DNA from: Hydrolagus affinis | Taxonomy: Eukaryota | Length of the DNA stretch: 59,943 bases | Assembly: GCA_012026655.1 (NCBI GenBank) | Contig: JAAILG010001922.1 | Span: forward strand, 1 to 59,943 | Direction of reading: 5' to 3' | In this document: positions 13,330 to 26,888 of the stretch, one piece after another | How the letters are laid out: every line of letters begins with the position of its first letter | Numbering within the stretch: the stretch's first letter is position 1 | Notes under the pieces: generated by a model | Databases searched by the model: none | What the model saw: only the letters and a program-made list of their open reading frames with translations | What the model was told of the DNA's origin: nothing | Program-made: the position numbers and the translations under genes

Positions 13330-14582
13330 AAACTCCTAGATTTGTCCAAATCACCCGACAATGTGCTGATTTTATAAGGTAGAAAGAAAATTATAGCCAG
13401 CATTGAAAATCCTTCTCAGTTTTCAAATCATTCAACCACACCAAAAGATTGATGGATAATTAAATTGTCATTTGACTTATCTACTAATTCACAGGTGACC
13501 TTTTGTCCTTTCAAGTTAACTCGGGGAATACTCAGAAATGTGCAACCCGACTCCTGCCAGTCAAGGAAACATTTCCTTTTTAATGCAATAGGAAGATCAC
13601 TTCAGTTATCAATTCCAACCGAGCTGATACTTCCACTCCAGTGGCTTAATATTCCCATTTAATTAAATCATAAACACACATCATACCTTCATCTCCCACA
13701 TCCCTCTCTCCTTTCAAACTAAAAAAAACATTTTAAAGGTGACACAAGATGTTATAATCAACACCGAAGGGACTAGGACTGCAAAGTCCCCAATGCAGCT
13801 GCATTCACCACAAGCATTATTACCCTATAGCAGCTTCCTATACAGTACTAGGAACAAGACATTCTTATCTGCTGTACCTACAATTAAAACACATTCCAAA
13901 ATACTTTGCGAAGACAAAAAGGTCATATTCTGCAGAGTTTGTCGAACATTGTGCTGACATTTCTATAATCCACAAGCCATTTGTAGTGGCTCACATTCCA
14001 CTCAATCAAGATCTATAATGTGAAAAGGGGTAAAGGCTGATACACATTTCTGACTTTAATAGTCAAACCCTATAATTGTTACAACCTACAATAAAAGCAA
14101 ATCTTTCCTTAGTCGCATCTTAAACAGCAGTCAGTCGAGCACTTTACAACTCAATAACACATTCTCGTGACAAAAATCAAAGTCATTTAGCAAGTTAGAA
14201 GCAGGTTTATCAGGAAACAGACTATTGTGATAGTTTAGCACTCAACTATAGTAGCAGAGTTTAAATTCAGGTCAAGACTGACAGAATGAAATCTTCGGAG
14301 TTTCACACAAGCTGCAAAGTTCACGGGATGAATCCAAACAGTCTAATTTCAGTCCCTAACAGAGAAAACAAATAAATTGACAATTCAAACTGTGCTTCAA
14401 TCAGACAAACACTATAGCAGTAACTCATGTTTGAAATAGGAGAATTAAATACATCTAGGTTTGTTGAACAGCAAATTGCATTTATTCTGCAGTGGAGGCA
14501 ATGGATGGTGAAGCCATCATACGCTGTAGAGGTAGGAGAGAGCAAGACTGTAGAGGGCTTTAAAAATGAGCACGAGGATCTT

Positions 14583-14888
14583 ATAATAATAAACCTTGCA
14601 TTTGATATAGCACTTTTCACATCTTCGAGATGTCTCAAAGCGCTTCACAGAATATACTGTAAAGTGAATTGACTGTATATTTGTGGGCAAAACATAGCAT
14701 CCAATTGCGCACAGCAGCGTCTCACAAACAGTTGTAGATTGAAATGACCAATTTATTATTGATTTTTGAGGGATTAGTATTAGGCATGTGGTAATAAGGA
14801 AACTTGCCCAAGGTTTCGCCCTGCCTGGAATTGAATCCATGTCTCTCTCTTAGAAGGCAAGTGCTCTAACCACTGAGCTACAAGATTC
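14583..14888 (-). mobile_element. tRNA-derived SINE, full length, short form
   Basis: A box TAGCTCAGTGG, B box GATTCAATTCC, tail aaatgcaagg...(TAT)n. Confidence 0.9.
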
Positions 14889-14904
14889 CAGTCTTGAAAT
14901 CAAT

Positions 14905-15730
14905 CCTCTAGGGGAAGACGTGCCAGTGAAATGGGCAAGGATGGGATGGATGGGCCATGGATCTCAGTGTGGGAAAGGACACAGGCTGAAGAATTCTGAA
15001 TAATCTGCATCTTGTGGAGGAAAGAGATGGGAAGTGCTGCAAGCAGGGAGTTAGCAAAGCCAAGGTTCTGTACTGTCTTGATGAGGTAGAATGAATAGTA
15101 ATGCTGTCAAGAATCTGAGCTAAGGGATCGCAAATGGGAGCCAAGAAGAAAGGCCTCAATCTGATCAACATTCAAGTGGAGAAAGTTGGCTCATCCAGGA
15201 CTTCAGGTCTGACAAGACACCCTGACAGGTCATACATGCCACATACATGTGGAAATTAACACAGCAGTTGATATCCCCAAGAGGAAGCATGTAGATGTTA
15301 AAGAAGAGAGAACCAAGGACAGAACCCCTGGGAACACCCTTGCGAAAAAGCGATTGCTAGATACAAAGTAGAAATGATTGGAAAGTTGAAACTGAAACTA
15401 GGCAAGGACAGAATCACAAAGGTGGAGCAGAGAGATGTTGAAGAATAGTTGTTGTCAATGGCAGCAGAGATTGACCTGGAACGAAATTGGAGGAGTTCAT
15501 ACAGGGAGTGGCGGGAGAGGAATGAACGAAGCCACAACTTCTTCCAGGAGTTTGGAAAGAAAAGTAAAGTTGGAGATGGGGACGATGGAATATTATTTTG
15601 AGAAAATAAATGGGTCAATGGAAGGTTTTTTTTGAAGATGGAGGTATTGATGGCTTTTTAATGGGATGGGAATGGTGCCTGTAGACAAGGGAGGGGTTTC
15701 CAATATCTGGCAAGGAGGTGGTGCTGGATA
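14905..15730 (-). mobile_element. Decayed L2-clade LINE, reverse transcriptase region
   Basis: Frameshifted GVPQGSVLG-like and FNIYMLPLG motifs on the minus strand at ~15275-15340. Confidence 0.75.
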
Positions 15731-15768
15731 GTTCCTTTTTTTTTCATTAACAGACACATTTTGTGTGC

Positions 15769-15808
15769 TATGTGTAAATATTTTGGAGTATGTGTAAATA
15801 TTTTGGAA
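15769..15808. repeat. 20-bp tandem duplication
   Basis: TATGTGTAAATATTTTGGA(G/A) x2. Confidence 0.9.
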
Positions 15809-18712
15809 TACATTGAGCTCACTGGTAAATGATTCCTGAATGGTAACAATGAACATTCATGCAACTTTGTGAATTCCCAATTAAACTAAATGTTGTGCCA
15901 CTGAAAGTTATTCCAATACAAATTAAATATGTAACACTACAGATTAACTCCCTTCAGAATTAAGTGTAACCACAGAATTAGGAAAATGTCATCACTGGGC
16001 TGAGGAGAACACGTCAAGATCTCTAGGATAAAAGGAAGTCAAAACATTGGCTTGTGGCACAAGAGATGATGTGGATGAAAACTGATAGGTGTTTCATGTT
16101 CATGTATGATACAGTCACTACAGATTGACAGTGTAATCAGGAACTGTATCAAATGCAATGATTCTTCTCCTGATATCCTAGTAAATGTTAAGGTTGATAT
16201 CAGTATAGCAATATAACTCAATCCTCAGTCACCTGAGCCTATGTTTCTCATTGGCAGCTTTTAGAGGTAGGTATAGTAAAGAAAAACAGTTTTACAATGT
16301 TTTCTGCCATTAAAGTGCTTTGCATCTGCTGTGAATGTGCAACACTGTTGATCTTTACTTCTGCATATGCATCTCCAAAGAATTGGCCTAGACACTGGAC
16401 TCATTTTTTATTTTAAAAAGAGAGCCATAAGAGAAGGATGATTGGGTATTCTGGAAGGATGAGATCAAACAGACCAAAGAACCATCACGTAAACCTCCCT
16501 AGTCACCTAACAAAAATAAGAACATATACCCAGCCCGATTCTGCACCTTCCATCAAACAAACATTCTGAACAGCAAGCGTCAGAGAAGCCAATGGGCAAT
16601 CAATTACAATATAATCGTGACCATTAATGATAGAATTGTACAAATGTCAATGATACAGCGCCTTTCATGTCAGGAGGATGTCCCAAGGCGCTGAACAGTC
16701 GAGGGTTTGTTCCTGAGATGAAAGCTAGATTTGAGAGGGGTGGGGGGCCACAGGCAAGGCACACAAAGAGAAAGGTTTTGAGATAGACCTTAAAGGCGAG
16801 GGAAGGAGCAAGGCAAAGGAGGATTTACAGCACAGGAGACCATTCGGTCCACTATTCCAGTGAAATAACCATTTTCCCATTTTGAATTTGTTCTCTTAAA
16901 ACTAATGCGGATCCAGCCACAACCACTGATTTAAGTACAATTAGATAAAAGCAATTCTCCTAAAACAGTGTCTGAAATCAAAAATTTTACCTCCATAGAA
17001 TTTTTAAAACTTCTAGACAAACAGTTCAACAAACCTTTCCCCCTGCCCTGCTGGTTGGTGCTGCTGGAATAAATGCAACATCTGCACAATACTCTAAAGC
17101 CACAGAAATTCTGAATTAACCAGTTCAAAAGGTTTACCAGTCAGCAAGCCAAATTTGTCAGGCTTTTCAGCACAGGAGGTGGCCTTCCGGACCATTATGC
17201 CTGTACCGTGCTCAGACTCCACTGGAGCTTTCAAAAACCATGAAATTCATTATGAAAACCAGCAGTAAAAGAAAAAGGAATATATGCCCAGTTAAAATGG
17301 CCATAGAAGCCTAAACAGATGTGTTCCGTGCATGTGTGCTGCCTGCTCCATGGTAGTCCATTAAACCAGGCAGTCCTTGTGGATACAGCATGTGAAATTG
17401 CAGTGACACTCTTGATGTGGATTGAAGCAACACAATTGGCTGAGTGAGTTTATAAATCTGTACCCATCAGTTTCCGCTTGATGTTCAAAATAATCTAGAG
17501 AAATTCATGAGCTGCCAGATTTATTCTGAAACAATTCTCAGAATGATCAAACATAAAATGCTCACCCTATCTGACAAACTCTAGTGTGCAACACTACCTT
17601 TTACATAGAAGTCCAATGACAGATCTGCTAAGGTGAAAACTTTCAGAGGCATATTGTTATCTCACTTTCCATCTGGACACTCTAATCAATCGCATTTCAT
17701 TTACCAGATTATTGTGCTATCAATTTTTCATTTACTTAATTTTTTAAGCAGAAAATCTGGATGAAATGGGATAAGAGAATGATCATGATGTAATAAAATG
17801 GCAGGACAGGCCTTGTGAGCTGTCTGGCCTCCCACTATTCCTGTTACTATTATGCATCAAGTGGAAAGTTCTTGCCATCAATGAACAAACTTACCCTTTG
17901 AGTTATAGTTTTTAAGATAATAAAATAATCTCCACCACTGAAGGAAGGCAGACCTGCTGGGTTTGGCTGAATATTTTCTGGGTGGGGAAGAGAGGGGGCC
18001 CATTGAAATGAGGAATGAAGCCTTTAACACTAGCTTCCTTCACACAGACAACTGACAGCACAAGGTCTCAATTTATCTGGGAACCTTCGTTCCACCAGCA
18101 GGGTTGAGCAAGCCTGCCGCAGTGAATCACTGCTCTGGCCTGAAGCACAAGGCACAGCTCCCCCTCCAGCCCTCTCAGAGTCTCCTTGTCTACATTTTGG
18201 AATCCAAGTGTGAAACTTCCACAAGCACCAACAACTATAGGAGCTAGGTTCATAAGACTATAAACACCCCCCACCCACTGCAATTACTGCATAACCCAAG
18301 GTGTTTATTTCCTTTTGACCACCACCTGCTGAAGATAAGGCTCAAGTAGTTCCTGCAGTAAGGATCTGAGTTCCATTTAATCATTTACATGAAGCTCTTT
18401 GAGACGTCTTGAAGACATGATAAGGTGCTATATCAAAAGGCAAGGATTACTATTTATAATCTTACCCATATCAAACAATTCATTTGGTCTTCATTGAACC
18501 AATCCATACTAATACATTCTTGGGAAGAAGCATTGTGAGAAGTTAACACCACCAGTCCAGAGACATTTATTTAACAGCAATAAAATGTAGACAATATGCT
18601 CTAACTGCATCGATGTAAACAACAATCACCTTTTTTAACATGCTACTCATGTGGAGCCTGGGACTTACCAAATCCTAAAATTTAATTTAAAATTGGACTA
18701 TATTGTTTACTA

Positions 18713-18907
18713 CAGTAAAAGCCTGTTTATCTGTGACCCGATCAAGCGTAACTTCCATATAATAGGCACTGCAAAAAACGTCTGCATTTGATTAACCAGA
18801 ATTTATCCAGCACAATTTTTTGTGTGTGTTTTCGGCCGAATATCCGGCAAGCGCTTTAACCGGCATTGGCCAGGTCCCGAGGGTGCCGGACAAACGGGCT
18901 TTTACTA
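18713..18907. mobile_element. Tc1/mariner-pogo(Tigger)-like MITE, second copy
   Basis: TA|CAGTAAAAGCCTGTTTATC ... GGACAAACGGGCTTTTACTA|TA; internal sequence aligns by eye with 26129-26342. Confidence 0.85.
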
Positions 18908-20364
18908 TAATTTATACATCAAATCACCATAAAATCATGTTTATTTGAAGGCAAACTGTATTGCCAATGTGGAAAACTTTACTTACAAAACTGACCTCAA
19001 ATTTCAACCCAACTCTGAAAATCAAATCTATCAAACTTTCAAGCCCAACTATTGGGAACTCAGAAATACGTTGCTCACCAGATCTGCAATATGCAGCCTC
19101 TCAAACAGAGGGGGGAGACTCACACCTTACTTGCCTCAGCCCAGAGAACACAGGTCAGGTGCAATTGGCAGAAATAAGTCATTAGGGGCTTGAAACTGCA
19201 GTTAGGTACTGTTGGAATGGAACCACACAGGTTACCAGGACTGTACCTGCCAGCTTCCTGCTGCTTATACAGCGAGAACCAGAACCCACGAGGGTGTGAG
19301 CTTGCAGAGTTATTAAGCGCCAAGTAGGAAGCATTGCGTTCCCTCCCAGTGACATTGATGAGTTAGTCAGACCGCCCGGTCATTAACAATCACTGATTAA
19401 ATCAATTTTACTTCTTTTAAAATGCAACATGACTAGTTAGATAACCTGCAGATGCGAGCTTTTCCATAGTGGAAATTCAGAATTTAAGTCAAGCAGATCG
19501 ATTGGTATTTCAGAGCTGTTTGGTATTAATACATAAGCAAAGAGTGGTTAATATCAAAGATTTTATAGGTTGGGATTTACAGCACATTTTATAAAAATTA
19601 TTCTACAAATAAGGCTACTAGTAAATTATTTTAAAAGAAAATAAGTAGTCTCTCCTCTTAATTTCACAGCCAGGTTAATACACTCGCAATTCTAGAAAAG
19701 GCTGGAAACACTTGAAGAGCATTAGGCGCTATGTATTGGCTCAAGTCTAGTCAACACAAAATCCCTGCCTACTTCCCAAGTACCTCAATCTTTTGTTTAA
19801 TGTCTCAAATTAATTCTCTATCTATAGCCTTATATTGCAATCCTTTCCATATTCTCAAGCCCTTTGTGATTAATGTTCACTCATTAATCCTACTCTATAC
19901 CGATGACAATGTGTGAGGGTGGGAATGAAACTTCAGTTTCAGCAGTCTATTCACCTGGTTTTGACAATATTGCAGCCATAACAACCTATACATCTTATGT
20001 TGACAGATGCAGACGGAGGGACTGTGGAATGAAGTTCCAGAGGGTAGGGGCAGAATGGCAGAAGACCCACCCGCCAATGCTAGGGCGAGGCAGAGGATGT
20101 GAAACAGGGCAGAGCCTGCTGAGCGGAGGAGTGGGCAGGTTGGTAGGGGTTCAAGGGGTTGCAGAGAAAGTGTGGGGGTGGGGGTGGGAGCAATCTTAAG
20201 AAGGGCTTTGAAGGCATGGGCCAGCTTCTTGACCTGAGTGATAGGAAGCCAAGTTGGACGAGAATGGGAGTGCAAGCCTAGTGCAGGAGAGGGCACTGGC
20301 TGCAGAGTTCTGGAGATCTGCAGCCTAAGGAAGGAGGAGTTGGGGAGCCTGACAAGCAGTGAGT

Positions 20365-20474
20365 TTTCCTCCCATCAGAGTCTAGATAAAGATGAAATGT
20401 CTGTCTGTGTGTGTCAATCCACATTCCATAATGAATCCTTTGGTTGCAAGCGACACTGTAATGGGTGCAGCTAG
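20365..20474 (+). mobile_element. Helitron-like 3' fragment
   Basis: Shared block agataaagatgaaatgtctgtctgtg...acattccat, ending CAGCTAG|T (Helitron-type CTAG end). Confidence 0.55.
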
Positions 20475-23400
20475 TGTGTGCATATGTGTAAAATATTCTA
20501 TATAAAGTGAAGAAGAGAGGGTAGTTAATAATTGAAGCTGACTGGACTAAATTGCTCCCCATCGTACTATTCTACTTTATTTTGATTCATTTTCTTTCAT
20601 ACTCAGATATTTTGGATTATAGCAGATTCACATTCCAAATATCGGTTTCAGGAGTGGAACTTATTAAAATATCAGCAATTTTTTTTTTTAAAATCACATT
20701 TGTACAATAATCGATGTCCATCAACTAACAGTATCACACAAAATTTTGCCACATTAACCAACTTAAAATAGTGCAGCAATATTGAAATCATCCCAGTCTG
20801 TAATTGCGCAAACAGATGTAAAGTATTGTAAACTTTAGCACACAAAAATAGAAATATCAAAATGAAATCTTAAGATAAAGTGGAATGAATTGGGTTTCCA
20901 TTTTGAGCTGCAGTTGTCGAGCTTGCACTTCACAGAAAATAATCAGTTTTTGTTTCATTTATGTAAATGTCCAGAGGAAGAACTCAAGGTAATACAAACT
21001 GATTCAAAGTGCAAGTTGAACTTTAAGGGAAACTATTACTTTCAATATGAAGTTGTTTCCTCCCCCAGATTTTTTTTGGGGTAGGTATTCAGAGGCAGTA
21101 ACTTTGCTGCTTGAAGCAAAGGTCATCAATGCCAAGAAATTAAATGCTCCTCTATTCTGAGCAACTAATTTAACAGCATCAAGAGCTCCTGAAACAAGTA
21201 CAACATAGCCAGAGTAGAGCTCTTGTTCTCCATGTTTCAATCAGAGCCTCTGTTAAACGAACAGCATTCAATGAACCAATGTAATATTTCTATTGCCTTT
21301 TCTCGGGGTCAAAAATTGACAATTTTATGCCAATCGCACCAGAGTTGAACAACTTTCTGCTCTCAGATCCATTTCAACCTCACCACTGGCAGTGACCAAT
21401 TTCATTGCAGTAGACTCGGCCAGATATGTACCCTGGTCTGTGAGATGAAAGGGCAATCTTCCTACCAGACTGCATCAATTGGCAACATTCAAGGAGCTTT
21501 GCCATGTCGCAGCTTCCCTCCAGCTGAATCCCGACTGTCCCCCACTATAGTTAAGAGGTTGATTATCGACAAGTGGCTCTCACTGCAAAAATTGACATCC
21601 GTTCAGGTCAAAGATTTAGACTCACGTTGCCAAGGTTATTAGTGGCTAAGAAACTCAATGGACAGCAAGTATACTGAGGGAAAACATTTAAGATATAACA
21701 CAGGCAGGAAACTAGCACAAGCAATGTCAGTGATTCAAAATTAACAGATAGAAAATAGCGATGTATCTCACCCCAGCGTGTCACTGTGCAGCAACAGCCA
21801 GGAACAAAGATGTTTATTCTACAGTCCAAAGAATAAGCGCAAACATTGATTCGCCATTTTGGCTCAAATCTAACATTACATTTTTAAACAATGTTCTGGC
21901 AGCCGTGTTCCACACTGCATAACCTCAAACCAACACTCAGGGAAAAAGTTCTACCATATTAGAACATAATTAGAACATACAATAAACCCATTCAGCTGTT
22001 TAACACCAATGCTGAGTTATTGATCAGCAAACAAAATTTGACCATATTTTGAATATTACAGCCATTCAGCCTGTCAAATCCCCCCCACCCATGAGCTACC
22101 AAGTCAAATACCATTCACCAGGTCTCTACTCCTTTTCAACAACAATTTATGTTTACATAGCGCTCTTTCAAACCTTGCAGGCTGCAATGTCCCAGATACC
22201 TTCACAAAACACACTGTTCTACTGAAGCACAAACTTTAAACCTACTGGACTGGAAAGTGACTGCTTTACTTATTCTATCTCTGATACTCTGCCCGAGCAA
22301 AGGGTTATGAATAGAACTGGAAGTGCAGACTGAAGGTAAAAGACTGAAGGGAACAGAGGAGCAAAGGGAACAAACACATAAACCACTAAAAGTTAAACAA
22401 AAATCCTTTGAAGTGGACGATGTGAATCTGTGAATTATAAACTGATGTATTGAATAGAAAAGTGAAGTTGTCTTGGAATTGCACAGAACATTTCTTCAAA
22501 ACTGTTAAGCTTTGCGCTCCCTGTTACAGAAAGGAGTCAGGTGGCGAGAAGGTGGTGCAGTACAGATTGACTAGAATGATAACAGGGAAAACAGTACAGT
22601 ATATATGTTTGAAGAGAAGCTCAAATACACTGAGGCTTTTTCCACTGAAGCAAAGGAGATATGACACAAGTTTTTTTATATACATATATACACACACACA
22701 CTGAAGGGGTATGCCAGGGTAAATAGGAAATATTTCTTCCAATTGGGAAGAAGCTAGAGGGGAGGAGGCAGTCTCAGGATTGTTAACAGATGAAGTTAAA
22801 AAAAATAATTTCAGCACAAAAGAGGCCCATTAGCTTATGCTGTGGAATTCATCATCACAAATGGTTAATATTTCAGGCAGATAAGCATATCTGATTTTGA
22901 GCTTTTCTTGAATATTCTTTTACCAACAAAATTATAATTCACGTCACATTTTTTAAAATTAAAACTGAGCCAGCAGTTATGCTGACTAATGTGCTACTAT
23001 ACTTCATTTATTATAATTAAAATGCAATAACTACATTCATCCAAACGGAAGTCGGATTCCTGTTAACACCCAGAATATGAGTTTGACTTTGTCCAACAGG
23101 CCACGGGAAGCTCAACTATCCACTGCTTTGTAAGGTTCCTGTTCACATCTGATTCTGACACAAACACTATCACGGCAATAAACTACAGAAAAGCAGCACA
23201 GTAAAATTCACATAAGTCGTGTCAGTCGGGTCCATAACATTCAATGTGACTTATACGAAGTCTGAGTTACAGACAAACTGTACCGGTCACATAAAATCAG
23301 ATTTAATCAATAATCTACACTGTGCATTTATAATTCAATGCATGGGTTAACAGGTCAAGATGACGTTTCTCACAATATAATGCGTCCAGTCGCTGCATGC

Positions 23401-24838
23401 TCACTTACCAGCAAGCACTGGAATCACATTGAATCGGGGGAAATTAAGTTCTTCTGCGCATGTGTGATGTACCAAGACTGTTTCCTACGATTCAATGCAT
23501 CTGGTCGGTAAATGTGCATACATTGACGGGTCAGGGCGTCATTTCCCACAATTTAATGCAGCCGGTAAGTGCAGCGGTAACAAAATAGGGTAGCAGTGTT
23601 ACAAGTTAGGCGATGATTAATATTACTAGTACAAAATAAATCTAAGTGGTTTTCATAGGAACCTAAAAAGGGACTCCAGTGCTGTTACACAAATTATAAA
23701 GATAAGACGTGAGCAAGTTTTACTGTACTACCTTAAGTTATGAGTAACATTAGCCGTTACCACAAAATAATTAAAATTTTCACAACCAATTAATAACAGT
23801 GCAATGCTTATCTACCCATTAGTCATTCTTTCTCTTATCATTTTTAACTTCCCAATTTATTCAAATCCTCTTTTAAAACACATTTCTTTTAGCTTTCTTT
23901 TTCTTCATAATTAACAGGTCAGAAGAATCAAACAAAGTGCGGAGAGCTGAACACAGCACCAAAACCAGTGGATTTTTTTTTAAATGTCAAAAGACCGCCC
24001 GAATGCTGATTCACCACAGATTTCTGGATGTGCAAAATCGTGTCAAATCAAAAATAAAAGCTGGGAAATTAATTCCCAACAGAACCTAATTGTGCCAGGT
24101 TGAAACTTTCCTGCAGCACTTCAAGCATTAAAAGAGAGGACCTTGTACAATAATTAGCTCAACAGACAACATTTACAAGTTCAGACATTGACTGTGATAC
24201 ATACACTCCATTAGACATACTCCATTATAATATTTCTAGTTCAGTCCTATGACTACTGGATAACAAATCAATTAGCTAAACATTTGACAATTTCAACAAC
24301 AGTCAGAAGTACACTAAACCAAAAAGCAGAGGAACTCAAGACTGCACTTTGCAAAGCACTATATTTATAGAATATATTTATAGAATATATATTATATATA
24401 GGTTCATTAAACAAAATGCTATGCAAATCTTGCCAGAATTTCAATAGTTTGAAAACATAGCTCTTCAAGTTTGGTGTGAAACATTTGCTCCATTTTCACC
24501 TTGTTTGTTTCTCTTGCCACACCCAATCAATTCTGATATGCATACACCACAAACTGAGGACCTAACCAGCAGTTTAAGCAATTACCTCTCTCACCAGTTC
24601 TTTATAGTGGTAAGATGCTGAGGCATCACTGATCTAGCTATGCAACTGCAAGGTCTGGTTAATTTTGGGAAGTTCCACCACTTAACGAGCTTTCAGTCCA
24701 GAGAGCGAAGGGCTCATATGTTGGAACTTTCCAAAGACTCAAAACGAAGGTTTATTACAGCTCAGTAAATGCAGCATTTGGCTTTAACATCAATGTGAGC
24801 TCAGAGGACAGCTCGCTTGCATGTGTTGAGTCACTTAC

Positions 24839-24958
24839 CTGTGTAAATTCAAAGTTTTTCTGATTTGCTAGGTTTAGGACGTAATCCAATCGAAACTGAT
24901 TCCCAGGATTGGATATGGCGACTGGTGGTACCAATGTATTCATCGCTCCCACTATCGT
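24839..24958 (-). CDS. GNAS: Gs-alpha exon 5 (TIVGAMNTLVPPVAISNPGNQFRLDYVLNLANQKNFEFTQ)
   Basis: ttttgttacag| 120 bp |gtaagt. Helical-domain sequence of fish-type Gs-alpha. Confidence 0.97.
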
Positions 24959-25658
24959 CTGTAACAAAACCAGAGAGAAGAAATTTGGTAAAACTTTTAC
25001 AAGTCAAACTTGCATAGCAGCTTTCATGTCAGGAGGACGTCCCAAGATGCTGGGAATGTCTAACAAAAACTGTGTAAATGACACAGGCCAGCTCAACCTC
25101 CAATTTTTGCGACCGTGTTAAAAAGCTCCAATCAGTTGAAGCTTGCAACTCTTGCAACATGAAAGGCGCTCTAGAAATCTAATTTTGTTGTTGTTGTTCT
25201 TGCACAGTATCCATCCAGCTGAGAGACAGTGCAAATTGAAACAGCTTGGAGCCAAAACACCTATCAAGTGTGCCTCCTATCTTAATCATTGACTACCAGG
25301 TGACCAATGAATCATTCCTACGAGAAAATAATTCTATGTTCATAGACAGCTTAGAGTTAAAAAATAAACGGATTTCCACCATTCTGCTCCCACTCTCGAG
25401 AACTCAAGGGTCTCAAGAATCCCACTGACTCCTCTCACTCCTCATTCTAGGTTTGTCTCAAGACCTAGATGGTATTTTCGGTTTCTTTCCCCTCCCCATT
25501 ACCTTTGGCCACTACTCCATTTAGGTTCCAGCCAACAGTGTTAAGCAGTTTGAGACATCCTCAACATGAAAAATAATGTATATTGTATTGCTTCTTTTTT
25601 TTGGTCAGCTAAATGTCAGACACATGCAGAAATCCATCTCCATGCTTTGGTTACTCTC

Positions 25659-25941
25659 AATAATAATCCTTGCATTTGATATAGCACTTTTCACGTTCTA
25701 GACGTCTCAATGCGCTTCACAGAATATACTGTAAAGTGAATTGACTATTTTTTGTGGGCAAAACACGGCAGGCAATTGAGCACAGCAGTGACCCAAAAAC
25801 AGTCATGGATTGAAATGACCAATTTTTGGGGGAGGGATTATTGGGGTACGGAAACTTGCCCAAGGTGTTGCCACTGCCTGGATTCGAACACAGGTCTGAC
25901 GTTTGTAAAGCGAGTACTCCAACCATTGAGCTACAGTCCTC
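25659..25941 (-). mobile_element. tRNA-derived SINE, full length, short form
   Basis: Same family; lies in GNAS intron 4. Confidence 0.88.
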
Positions 25942-26128
25942 CATGATGACAGATTTCATGTCTAGCTGACTAAAATAATAGGAATAGAGCTAATATGGTA
26001 TATATCAAATTGGGGTGGAAATTTTCCAAAGCACAAGACTTAAAGAGCAGCAGGTCACTTGAAGCTCTTTAAAAGGAGAAAAGATAAAATAGCTAAGAGC
26101 AGCACACTGCAGAAAACAGTTATAATTA

Positions 26129-26342
26129 CAGTAAAAGCCCATTTATCAGCACCCAATCAACCGTAACTTCCATATAACCGGCATCGCAAAAAAGGTCCCC
26201 ATTCAATTAACCGGAGTTTATCTGGAAAAATGCATAAATTATTTTTAAAAAAATTTGGGGGCGTTTTCGGCAGGAAATCCGGCACGCACATTAACCGGCA
26301 TTGGCTAGGCCCCAAGGGTGCCAGATAAATGGGCTTTTACTG
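26129..26342. mobile_element. Tc1/mariner-pogo(Tigger)-like MITE
   Basis: TIR CAGTAAAAGCCCATTTATC at both ends with TA target duplication; second copy at 18713. Confidence 0.88.
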
Positions 26343-26833
26343 TATATTCAGTGATATTTTCTGTTAATTTAATCTGAAGTCGATACTCCAAATTGAACAG
26401 AGCCACTAGCATAAGTATCAGTAGTGACCAATCTGAGATCCACAAGATTTCAGGAAGCTTTGTAAATAATCAGTTCTCAAATTAATGGTTATTACCAACC
26501 GAGGGTGGAGGGGACAGAATTCTGTTAGATATTGGAATCAATTCTCCTTTGATCAGGATTATTCGGACGAGCACGCAGGAGAATATTTGACCAATGTGGG
26601 CTTTGTGTACCCTAGCATCGGGATTTAAGCCAAAAACATTTAAAAATACAAACGACGTCAATATTTTCACACTAACAATTAGATTTTTTTTAAATCAGTG
26701 TGTCTATCATCTCACTTATTAAAAACATTCAGCAATTTAAGCAATCGCCGATAGTTTTCTGGTTTCAGTTGATTAACACAAAGGAAATTCATATGCATAT
26801 CAAAAACAGTTTTCTTTAAAGCAAGTATTTTAC

Positions 26834-26888
26834 CTCTATGGCTTCTTTAATATTATTTTTAATGTCTTGAATTTTCCGCTTTTTCTCA
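26834..26888 (-). CDS. GNAS: Gs-alpha exon 4, human numbering (D-EKKRKIQDIKNNIKEAIE)
   Basis: ttttgttttccag| 55 bp |gtaaaa. In frame with exon 2 (GA|T). Confidence 0.97.
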
